Assembly (NCBI GenBank): GCA_963707125.1
Contig: CAVPOU010000013.1
Coordinates: 128,007-192,006, forward strand
DNA length: 64,000 nucleotides
Direction of reading: 5' to 3'
Origin: an uncultured delta proteobacterium
Lineage (GTDB): Bacteria; Desulfobacterota; DSM-4660; Desulfatiglandales; HGW-15
Below are positions 55,002 through 64,000 of the stretch, in pieces. A program made the translations under genes and the position numbers. Within the stretch, counting starts at the first letter, position 1, and each line of letters begins with the position of its first letter. The notes under the pieces were generated by a model. That model was not told where the DNA came from. It made no database searches and worked only from the letters and a program-made list of their open reading frames with translations.

Positions 55002-56153
55002 TTATTTTTTCGGAATCACGACGTGCTGCATGGGGAGGTTGTCGATCATGAGTCGCTCGCAGGTCGTTCCCAGCAGGTCTTCGACAAAGTACACACGTTT
55101 TCCAAAGGGTCCTCAATCACTGTCCACAGCGCGGCATGAAGCCCGGCCGCAACCTGCCGGCAACTCCCGCTCACCCCCGGGATAGCCCCCTGCGCTGTCG
55201 TGTTGAAGAAGTACTCCCTTGTGCTTTCATATTCGAGGCAGACCCCCACGGTTGCCTCTCCTTTTAGCAGGACCTTCCTGTTGTCTCCGAGGGCCAGAGT
55301 GCCCGGAGGGACCTCGTTATTTTTGTCGTAGACCTCTTCAAGGTAATCCATGGTTCTCATATCAAGAGAGAAGAGAAAGCGAGACGGCACATCGTACTGC
55401 TGGCCCAGGGTAATGTTTTCCTCGTGGAGGAGAAGGAAGCCTCTCGGATAAACTGAAAGATCCATGATCGGGCGAAGGACCTCCTCCATGGAAATCCGGT
55501 TCTTGAGAGGATTGGGCTGGACCAATGGGATTTTGTCCCGTCCCTCCACGTATCCCGCAGGGTCATTGACGATTTCATCCAGGAAGGTCTCCCGGCTCCA
55601 GGCAATGATCGGCGCCCCTCCGTCCACCGGCTGGCCTGTGTCATATTCGAAGTGAACAATGCTCTGCGGCACCCCGGATTTTTCAATGCCCCTTCTGACC
55701 CACATGTTCACGATCCCGGGGTTCATTCCGCTGCAGAGGATGTGAGGCGCGTTCCATGAAGAGGTCTTGCGCTTGACAAGGTCAAGAACAACTTCGGAAA
55801 AGTTCTCCCCCGGCCTGTTCGCCACCCCTGTGTTGATGGTGCTCACCCCTGCCCTGTCTGTTACCGCGAGCATGGCCCTTGTTTCATTGACGCTCAGGTC
55901 GATCACGATGTCGATTCAGCGGGTCTTCAGCAGACGAAGATAATCATCCTGCCGCTCGTCCACATCAATGGTCGCTTTCAGGAATTCATAGTCCAGTTCC
56001 TGGTGAGAAAGAAATCGGTCATCAAGCAGCGGATCTTGCTTATCAACAAGCACGAGCTTTCCCAACCGTCCCCGGTCCCTGGCGAGCTTGCGCAGAAAGG
56101 CTCTCCCTACACCGCCACATGCTCCAATGATCAGTAAATTCTTTTTTCTCCAT
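55002..56153 (-). pseudogene. Saccharopine-dehydrogenase / homospermidine-synthase-like NAD(P) enzyme with at least three lesions
   Basis: The Rossmann start NLLIIGACGGVGRAF is out of frame with the only ATG (56153) across an A6 run. In-frame TGA at 55916-55918 (LLKTR*IDIVIDLS). The C-terminal frame changes near 55095-55105; the alternative frame reads PFGKRVYFVEDLLGTTCERLMIDNLPMQHVVIPKK* and ends at 55002. Core motif CSGMNPGIVNMW. Confidence 0.6.
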
Positions 56154-56196
56154 GATTTTGAAGACCTTTTTCTCTTCGCGGAAAAATCCCCTCTGC

Positions 56197-56276
56197 CTCC
56201 CCTTTATCAAAGGGGAGATTCCCGATCCACGCCTTCCCTTGGAGAAGAAACTATCCCCCTTTCGTAAAGGGGGATA
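56197..56276. repeat. Two REP-like hairpins (CCCCTTT...AAAGGGG type)
   Basis: Hairpin 1: ctccccttt-atc-aaaggggag (56197-56217). Hairpin 2: tatcccccttt-cgt-aaagggggata (56252-56276). Confidence 0.85.
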
Positions 56277-56295
56277 AAGAGGGTTTTCTGTTCTT

Positions 56296-57564
56296 TTACG
56301 GCGTCACATCGGCGAACTTCGTGAGGTGGGCGGAGCGGTAGAGATCTCCAGGAGTAATCCCCTTTTCAACCATGAGGTCCGCGATTTGACCCGCATGCTG
56401 TTTGACAGTCTTCACGTATTCCCGCATCATGAAGCAGTACTGTCGCGCCCGTCCTATACCGCCTGTGTTGGCCTGCACAGGGCACCTTCCCCCGCAGTAA
56501 GGCTCAACCCCGCAGGCGCTGCACCCAAGGTCTGTTTTGTAGCTCACGATTTTCCCCAGTCTTTCCCTCGCATCCGCTTCAAAGACAATCTCACCCGATT
56601 CCAGAATGCGTCCGATGCTCATGGCTTCAGGCAGGTCCGCACAGGCGTGAACTTTTCCATCGCCGATGATGTCGAAATTCTCCATTTTTTCGACTGCGCA
56701 GGCTGTGGTTCCTCGCCTCTTTCGAGTGAACAGATAAAGGAGGAGATCGTTCACGTGGATGAGCGACAGGAGATCCCCCCGGCTCATGTGCTCGACATAG
56801 CTTTCCATGATTCTCTCCAGATCCCGGCGATATCTCTCCAGGTATCCTGGCAAATCAGGAATCATTCCGTCGCCTTCATCGCAGTGCCAGAAAAAGTGCT
56901 CCGCCTCCGCGCGTTTCCGAAAATACATGAAGGAGTCAAAACAATCCCACAGAGACATCTCAGGTCGCAGGGTCGCCCAGATGAGCACTTCACCCTGCCG
57001 CACATGATTCAAGGCTTCCACTTGGTGCCTGATTTTGCTGAGAGACGTCCCCCTGCGCATGGCATCATGCTGCTCTTCATTTCCGTCAATCGAAAGGGCC
57101 GTGAGCCACATGCTGGAGACCAGCTCAGGGCTCTTTTTGATCGCTTTTTCCAGAAAGTGCCCGCTGGTGATGACCATGTGCTTGAGGGACGTTGAGTCTC
57201 CCAGGATTCCGGGCAGCGTCTTGATAGAGCTGGTTCATACGGTCGAGGCGGAGCATGGGCTCTCCCCCATAATAAACAATGACGGCTGTGCTCTTGCCGC
57301 TCGTCTCGATCAACTCGGCAATCCCTAGGAGGTCTCTTTCAAGATCCTGACCCTTGCTTGCGTCAGGGAAAAAGTCCAAGCGGCCGCTGTTCCCTTTCCC
57401 GCCGTGAGCGCATTGATGCACCCCCTGCAGTTAAAGGGGCATTCCTGGGTCACCGTGTAATGAATCATGACCTCATCGGCTTCTTCATAGGCCGGAAGAG
57501 CCGAGATCTTCTCGTAGATACCCTCATCAAGAACCATGTTCACATCATCAGGGCCAAGAAACAT
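56296..57564 (-). pseudogene. Radical SAM / SPASM-type enzyme split over three frames (two frameshifts)
   Basis: N-terminal CPFNCRGC (CxxxCxxC) after an ATG at 57564 with SD gggagg. Middle frame YYGGEPMLRLD. C-terminal CSACGVEPYCGGRCP (SPASM-like). The frame changes at about 57395-57400 and about 57215-57235. Confidence 0.7.
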
Positions 57565-57652
57565 GGATGGCAATCCTCCCGTCTTCCTACGCTGGCCTCT
57601 TGGCCAAAACCAACCTGTATCAGTGGGCCATTGGTATCTTTTTGCACTGAAT

Positions 57653-57750
57653 GAATATCGAATGTCGAACAAGGAATTTCGAATGACGAAGTTTAATGAC
57701 TTCCATTGTGCTCCTTCGGCCTTCTTTATTCATTATTCGACATTCTGCGG
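57653..57750 (+). repeat. About 100-bp palindromic REP/MITE-like element, copy B
   Basis: Near-identical to the reverse complement of 13243-13340. Immediately upstream of the radical-SAM gene. Confidence 0.85.
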
Positions 57751-58069
57751 TTCGCTTCTAGAACTTCTTCGCAAAGAGTAGAGAAGTCCCAGATTAGAAT
57801 GCCGATGGGTAGCCAGACAAAGCGGGCTTCAAGATCCTTTATTCTTATTCGATTTTTCGATAGGATGCTATATCAAAAAATCTCTTAACTGCTCAGGTGT
57901 TTAGGCTGAAGGCTGAAGACTGAAGGGCAATAATGATCATCCATGACACACTCACCTGCCAACGTATCCAAACGATCTTGGCTTTGTGTGATCTCGCATG
58001 TCTTTTCACTTTCCTTCAGTCTATCTACCTGAGTAGTTACAAAATCTTTTATTGCGAGGTTCTGTCATC

Positions 58070-58702
58070 ATGCTCAAAGCCACAAACATTCCCTATCCGC
58101 CCCGTGTCCCTTTGGCACGCATCCCCACTCCTCTGGAGCGACTGAACAGACTGAGCGAGAGACTCGGAGTCGATCTCTACGTCAAACGGGACGACCTCAC
58201 CGGCGTGGAACTCACGGGGAACAAGGTGCGCAAACTGGAATTCGTGCTCGCTGATGCCGTTCATGAGGGGGCGGATATTGTGCTCACCTGCGGCGGCGCA
58301 CAATCCAATCACAGCCGGGCCACCGCCATTGCAGCCGCGCGGCTTGGGCTCCGCTGTCGCCTCATCCTGAGAACCCCTGATCCATCCAACCCACCGGCCC
58401 CAGAAGGCAACCTCCTCCTTGATCGGCTGGCAGGAAGTGAGATCGTGTGGATTACAGCGGATGAATACAAAAGGCGGGATCAGATGTTTACTCGTGAGGC
58501 AGACGCTCTTCGCCGCTCAGGTTTGAAACCTTATGTGATCCCCGAGGGCGCCTCCAATGCCCTCGGTGCCTGGGGCTACATCTACGCCGCGGCCGAACTG
58601 AAGCAGGACCTGGAAAAGCTCCCTGGCGGCACCGGCCAACGAACGACGGTCATCCCACGCCACGGGCTCCGGAGATACATCTTTAAAGATTTGATCGGAT
58701 AA
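58070..58702 (+). pseudogene. D-cysteine desulfhydrase / ACC-deaminase-family PLP enzyme, frameshifted and 3'-truncated
   Basis: RIPTPLERL, YVKRDDLTGVELTGNKVRKLEF (PLP lysine) and CGGAQSNH. An extra C in the run 58654-58656 shifts the frame; the corrected frame reads TTVIHATGSGDT. Homology then stops abruptly near 58680, with roughly a third of the expected protein missing. Confidence 0.7.
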
Positions 58703-58721
58703 ATAAATAACTTACTGATAT

Positions 58722-58970
58722 TTAACATATTAAAAATTCATTATTAGTTTCAATAATTCTTCCCGGATCATCTTTTCTGTATCCGGCTCCATAAAGCTGT
58801 GTGTGCATAATGAGGAAACATTCCTTAGTTGAATACACAGATCCCAGCTTTTTGAGTTCGCTTTGCCAGCTTCTTCGATTTTATATTCCTGCTGGCTCAG
58901 TTTGGGTTTCTTTTCCGCTTTCGCAACTAATTAAAGGCAGAATAATCAGAGAAAATAAAATTGTCTTCAT
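58722..58970 (-). pseudogene. Small lipoprotein gene with an in-frame TAA (tentative)
   Basis: MKTILFSLIILPLISCESGKETQTEPAGI, then TAA at 58881-58883. The same frame stays open to 58722. Low-GC, no SD. Confidence 0.25.
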
Positions 58971-58991
58971 AATAATATTATCATTATAAAT

Positions 58992-61131
58992 TTATTTGAT
59001 TGTTTTTCTGACTATTTCGTATAGTGCCCCGTCGTACCTCTTATCAAGCACAACTTTAAATCCAGTAACTGCAAGTTCCTTCCCTGTTGAATTCATTACC
59101 AGTTCTCTTGAAGGAGCTTTCCTTACTTCATAAATATATGACGGATTCAGGAACTGCACTGTTACTGTTCTCTGAATATCTCCGGAGAACCCTGTCTGAA
59201 TATGCCTACAGTACCACCTGACCCTGTCTCTGAATTGATGCGCTGTAGCCATCCCAGTTTCCTTCAGCTGGTTCACCATAGCCTTTCAGGTCTTGCCTGA
59301 AGGACATGAAATCATGTTTTGTTTGCATCTCCCTGAGCCAGTCAGCCCAGCTTTTCATTTTTGTACGCTGTTCCTTGGAAAGCAGCCTCGGATCTCCAAG
59401 TACAATAGGGGGGATCCTACAAGCGACTTAAGTGACAATTCAAATTCAGGATCGTCAAATCTCTGGTTGCCAATGACCATTGCTGTTGCAGGTATGACAG
59501 GTGTTCGCCACCAGGACATCTGTCTTACTCTCATAGAGCCCAGCGGGGCCTTCTCACCGAAATTGGACAACCAGTTGCCTTCGGCATGCTTGCACATATC
59601 AAGGTCGATAAGCTGCAGAGCGCCCATAGTCTCAAAAGTGCAGTCGATAAACAAATCAGGAGCCTTCCTCATGGAGATCATCAAATAACTGCCACGTGCG
59701 CTGGTACATCGGAAGCATTGATTCATTCCGGTCTTTATGCATCGTGTGATCGGAAGCATGGCAACCCGACCTTGTCTTGTCTGTGGTATAAGCTCCTGTA
59801 ACAACGGCAAAATCACCTTTTATGTATTCAAGGCCGTGTTCTTTAACCAGTTTCAGTATTACACCCTTGATATAATCGTACCACCCTGTCGTCATACACA
59901 TTGAATATGTTTCCCAGCCGTACATTTTATCAAAGTCGGCATGAAGACTGACCGGCGATCCGTCAGCTTTCCGCACGGCCCATTCAGGATGTTCCTTAAA
60001 AACTTTACTTTTCGATTCAGCGGATCCCAGACTAATCCATACACCCGGTTTCATGCCTTTTGACTTTATATAGTCAAATACAGGTTTCAGTCCATCAGGG
60101 AATTTCTGTTTGCTTATTCCCCAGTCACCATAGGAATCCTGCCAGCCGTCATCGATAATAAACTCCTCAATACCACATTCTGCAGCGGCATCAGCCAGTT
60201 CGCGGATCAGCTTATCATTGATGTCATGCAGGAAAGGTTCCCAAGTATTGTATACAAATACAGGCTTTTCCGGGATTTTACTCAATCGGGTACCGAGGTG
60301 ACGGCGGACAAAATCATTGACAGAAGTGTTAAGTACTGAATAGGGATCATCGGAATTTTCATAGATGGCGGTAAACACCCAGGTACTTTCCCATGGTTCA
60401 CCAGGCTTCAGCCACTTCCGGAATCCAAAATTCTGGTCAGGATGAGTTAATCCGATCGTGAGCTGATCCATCCTGATAAAAGCTGTTGTGCGCTTCATAA
60501 CGCCAGGAGCCTCGTTCCCCAACACAAAACCACGATGATGTTTGATCTCATGCACTACCACAACGGGATCGTAACCAGTGCCAATAAATTGTCCTAATGA
60601 CTTTTGTCGGGCATAGTTGTTCATCACCCAACATTCAGTACCAGTACCGGAATCATCAAATCTAAGGCTTTCGATGTCGAGGGCTTCAATTTTGATCTCC
60701 TGTTTTCCGGTATTCAGGAATGATATTTTTTTCCTGATAACAGGCAGTTTGGGATAGAGGAGGTAAGTGATGCTGACTCGTAATTTTAAAGAAGGATGTT
60801 CAAGAATCACAATGGCCCCATTGCCCAGGTTTTCTCCTTCTGTCATTTCAAGAGATACCAGTTTCCAGTCATCAAGTCCGGTTACCGGTTTCCCTTCAGC
60901 CTCAAAATAGAACTCATCTGAACCTGGCGCCAGGAACTCACCGGTACTTTTGTTCAAGGAATAACTTTTTGAAAGAGCTCCCTGCTTTTCCGCACTAAAC
61001 TGAATAATACGCTTTACAATCCCATTGTCGAGGGTTAGCATATTTCCTGTCCGCTTTGCAAAAGATTGTGCAGTAAGCACCCCTGCAAGAACCAGAAATA
61101 ATAACGATAGAACAAAATGTCTCGTCTTCAT
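58992..61131 (-). pseudogene. GH36-like alpha-galactosidase with multiple frameshifts in its 3' third
   Basis: Signal peptide MKTRHFVLSLLFLVLAGVLTAQS. N-terminal beta domain, then a TIM-barrel region (VFVYNTWE, EEFIIDDGWQ, YIKGDF). The protein continues through ORFs 59355-59816 and 58992-59279 and at least two unlisted frames. I count at least four frame changes between about 59670 and 59170. Confidence 0.6.
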
Positions 61132-61235
61132 AACTTTATGTTTTTCTATACCAAGGTAATCTTTCAAGAGGAACTTCAATTTTTAAAGTAACCGGACCAT
61201 TTACTATGCTTCCATCATCACCCTGCCATTTACCA

Positions 61236-62738
61236 TCAGGGAAAACTAACTTCACGCGACCTCTGGCCTTTTACAACTACAGGGGCGACCAGTATTTTGC
61301 TCCCAAGCAGGAACTCGTCCTTTATTTCTTCATAACCTTTACCTGGATATTCATATTCAAGGTTACGAACCATAGGTTCGCCGGATAGGGCACATTCCCT
61401 CGCAAGATCGAGGATTTCCCTGCCCATTGAGTAATGCAGGTCAGCCATTTTTTTACAGATCAGAAGATTCTCTTTTCCCAAAACCCTCCATGGGGCCACC
61501 GAAAACTGCATCATCGGCATGAGGGCGCTTACCTGTGCTGCGCGTACAATAAGTTCTTCATCCATCACTGAGCTATCCTGGAACGATGTCCATTCGCCGC
61601 CGCCTATCATGTCAGGGCATCCAAACTGATGCCCTATAAGACCCAGTCCGATCATATCCGGAATCAGCACACGAACATCATTCCAGGTATGGCTTTTATC
61701 CCTCAACCGCTGCACCAGAGGCTGACCTGCCATCTTCCAGCAGGCCCGGAGTTCATTGAGAGGAAAATCAAGCGCAAGTTTTGCATAGGCTTCACAGTGT
61801 TCATTCGGGCTGAAATCATTAAATGAATAGTTCCCAATATAACTTTCCGGATCACCCGCGTCAAGTTTAAATCCATCGATTCCATACTCGCTGATCAGCT
61901 TTTGAAGCTCCCCCTTGAACCATTTGCTGCCTTCAGGATTTGACAGATCTACAAGTGCACTCACGCCATTCCACCATTCGATTTTTGCAGGTTTTGTTTT
62001 TGTACTGTCTTCAAAAATCAACAGCTTTCTTCTTTCAAGTTCCCTGTAGACCGGTGAATCGGAACTAATAAACGGTACAACCCAGAGCATCACCTTAAAG
62101 CCCATTTTATGAAGCTTTTCAATCATTCCTTTGGGATCAGAGAATTTTTTACAATCAAAGTTCCATGTTCCATAACGCTCCTGCCAGTTATCATCAATCA
62201 TGATGACACCAACCGGAAATCCGTTCTTAACAATATCATCGGCATATTTCAGGATGTCTCTTTCATTCTGGTTGTATTGTAACTCAATCCATGTATTGTA
62301 TTGGGGAGAAGTGATCAGCAAAGGATCAGGAATCTTACCGGAAGGAGGAAAGAAATTCCTGGTTCCATACAGAAAAGCATCCTTCAGAGTCTCCCCAGCC
62401 TTGCCCCAAACAACTTCTCCGCCTTTGGATTCCACAGCAATTTTGTTGCCGGCAAATTCAATATTCAAGGGTTTTTCACTCCATATATACCGTCCCATAT
62501 CAGAAATAAAGAAAGGCGCAGCCTGATTGGATTTGCAGTCAGCAAACTGGTCATAAACAAATTGTCTGTCATTCAGAGGGGAATTGCGGCCGTCAAGGAC
62601 AGCTCCGCCCCACCATTTTTCATTGTCCAGAATCGCAAATTCCTTTTTTATACTAGTCTCTTTATTTTGCCTGCAGCTTGTCACAATTCCGGTAAACAAT
62701 AAGTAAAGAACAAAAAGATAGTAAGTCGATTTTTTCAT
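61236..62738 (-). CDS. GH31-family glycoside hydrolase
   Basis: Signal/lipobox-like LFTGIVTSC. VIMIDDNWQERYG, KVMLWVVPF and GIDGFKLDAGDPE (nucleophile region) resemble GH31. Confidence 0.65.
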   Translation of the reverse strand: MKKSTYYLFVLYLLFTGIVTSCRQNKETSIKKEFAILDNEKWWGGAVLDGRNSPLNDRQFVYDQFADCKSNQAAPFFISDMGRYIWSEKPLNIEFAGNKIAVESKGGEVVWGKAGETLKDAFLYGTRNFFPPSGKIPDPLLITSPQYNTWIELQYNQNERDILKYADDIVKNGFPVGVIMIDDNWQERYGTWNFDCKKFSDPKGMIEKLHKMGFKVMLWVVPFISSDSPVYRELERRKLLIFEDSTKTKPAKIEWWNGVSALVDLSNPEGSKWFKGELQKLISEYGIDGFKLDAGDPESYIGNYSFNDFSPNEHCEAYAKLALDFPLNELRACWKMAGQPLVQRLRDKSHTWNDVRVLIPDMIGLGLIGHQFGCPDMIGGGEWTSFQDSSVMDEELIVRAAQVSALMPMMQFSVAPWRVLGKENLLICKKMADLHYSMGREILDLARECALSGEPMVRNLEYEYPGKGYEEIKDEFLLGSKILVAPVVVKGQRSREVSFP

Positions 62739-63212
62739 TGATCTGTTATTAGATGTTATTATCCCTTAAGGAAACATATTCCAGAAGGTAAATAATAAAA
62801 AATGGTCTAAATGTGTACCACGCTGTCATATTTCGGGTGGAATACGGACTCATCATCTTCATTAGTATCTGATGGATTTTATAATATTCAGCAATATATC
62901 AAATGTCATAAATATACTAATATTTCATTCAGCCAAGTCATAATACCCATTCCTGGTATCAGCTTATGACTTCACAGTACGATGTAATATTTGAATTTGT
63001 AATCAGCGAGCCCGGGAGCTGGGATATAGTAATCTTCAATTAATGTTACAATTTGTTTTAAACATCCATTATTCCAACAGTATATTTTGCAATTACGTTT
63101 TGTTTATCAACAATTCTATACGAATCTCAAATACTTTTTTGATATTTGTAAAATAATTTTCTGAATATTAAGTTAAATGACATAGAGAAGATCTGGTTGA
63201 TTTTCTTTTTAC

Positions 63213-64000
63213 ATGAAATTTATGGACTTAAGATCTGACATGCGCATATTTAATAAAGTATTTCTGACGCTGGTAACGGTTAACATTTTTAATTTATCTT
63301 TTGCTCAGCAAACACCTCTTAATCCTCTCTCCTATTGGGTTTTTACCCCCTACATATATAATCCGGCAATGGTTGGGAGCAAAGATTATCTGACTCTTGA
63401 TTTTAACGCAGCTTTCCAGGGAGATTCCCGGGCACAGATTCTGAGTGGGAATTCCAGGCTCTCAAGAAACAAAACAGGCTATTTCAACTCTCCAAAACTT
63501 AAAGAATTCAATGGAGTAGGACTTGGCGGCTCTGTTTTTAACGATTTAAATGAATCATCGCATAATATTGGAATGAATGCAGCAGGTTCCTACCAGGTAC
63601 CGCTCAATACTCAGGCTCTCTCATTTCTCTCTTTCGGAGCATCCGTTAAGGGTGTTTATAACATGCTTGACACGAGCTTGGCCGATGCAGGATATTCTTC
63701 AGAAAACACTTTCTATCCCAACCTTGACGCGGGAATATACTATTACGGCACGAATCTTTTTACCGGGATATCAGCAATCAACCTTCTTGGAAATCCCGGA
63801 GAGGCTGATAGCACAGGTAATTACAGGATCCCTGTCTCAAGAACCTATTTTTTTACAATCGGATATAAGTTTATTCTCAGCAAGAGCATGAATATTGTCC
63901 TTGAACCTTCTGTTTTGATTGATGCCGTAGACTCAACATTTGGAGAAATAGCGGATAACATTAATCCTATTATAAAACTCTATATTGATAATTTCTGTAT
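63213..64000 (+). CDS. PorP/SprF-family type IX secretion membrane protein (3' end beyond the window)
   Basis: A frame open from ATG 63213 (alternative ATG 63240) to the window end; it is absent from the ORF track because it has no stop. FAQQTPLNPLSYWVFTPYIYNPAMVG is the family's characteristic N-terminus as I recall it. Confidence 0.65.
   Translation, partial: MKFMDLRSDMRIFNKVFLTLVTVNIFNLSFAQQTPLNPLSYWVFTPYIYNPAMVGSKDYLTLDFNAAFQGDSRAQILSGNSRLSRNKTGYFNSPKLKEFNGVGLGGSVFNDLNESSHNIGMNAAGSYQVPLNTQALSFLSFGASVKGVYNMLDTSLADAGYSSENTFYPNLDAGIYYYGTNLFTGISAINLLGNPGEADSTGNYRIPVSRTYFFTIGYKFILSKSMNIVLEPSVLIDAVDSTFGEIADNINPIIKLYIDNFC

Noticed and set aside
55916-55918. In-frame TGA as a selenocysteine codon
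   Set aside because: The same gene has at least two other lesions, and no SECIS-like hairpin is evident immediately downstream. The position aligns to an ordinary residue context (LLKTR*IDIVIDLS). A nonsense mutation or base error is more likely.
63577-63891. 104-aa ORF from the supplied track
   Set aside because: It lies in a different frame inside the open-ended PorP/SprF reading frame, which has a clear family-specific N-terminus.

Overview
64-kb mosaic window. About 1-41.0 kb and 47.7-58.7 kb are high-GC DNA (roughly 55-60% in the few lines I hand-counted). These blocks use strong Shine-Dalgarno sites and carry many REP-like palindromic intergenic elements. My impression, unverifiable without a database search, is an anaerobic Desulfobacterota/Syntrophia-type chromosome. 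Contents of these blocks: an Mla/MCE-type ABC lipid transporter, an amidase, efp plus epmA, a Tat-signal SOD and a PLP dehydratase. There is also a dense nitrogen-control block: glnD-glnK-amtB facing a second glnB-glnD pair, gdhA, a gltB-like FMN enzyme, a REC/PPDK_N protein, and a GAF-ANTAR regulator with a leader terminator. Further on lie a frameshifted AsmA/YdbH-like gene followed by a YnbE/YdbL-like lipoprotein, two tandem PAS/GAF histidine kinases with a Cys-rich insertion, and a decayed radical-SAM/SPASM plus saccharopine-dehydrogenase-like pair. Two lower-GC blocks (roughly 38-45%) whose genes lack Shine-Dalgarno sites are embedded. Block 41.1-47.7 kb encodes all seven shikimate steps plus chorismate mutase in pathway order, with aroA and aroC frameshifted. 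Block 58.7-64.0 kb holds Bacteroidota-type genes (GH36, GH31, PorP/SprF) and starts where a dcyD-like gene is cut off. Reading-frame lesions cluster after 34 kb; I saw none in the first 34 kb. I recognised no rRNA, tRNA, CRISPR array, transposase or integrase. The best candidates for follow-up are the ANTAR-controlled nitrogen operon with its uncharacterised REC/PPDK_N enzyme, the mirrored PII-GlnD duplication, the foreign shikimate island, and the Cys-rich kinase pair. I cannot claim a demonstrably new system from sequence alone.
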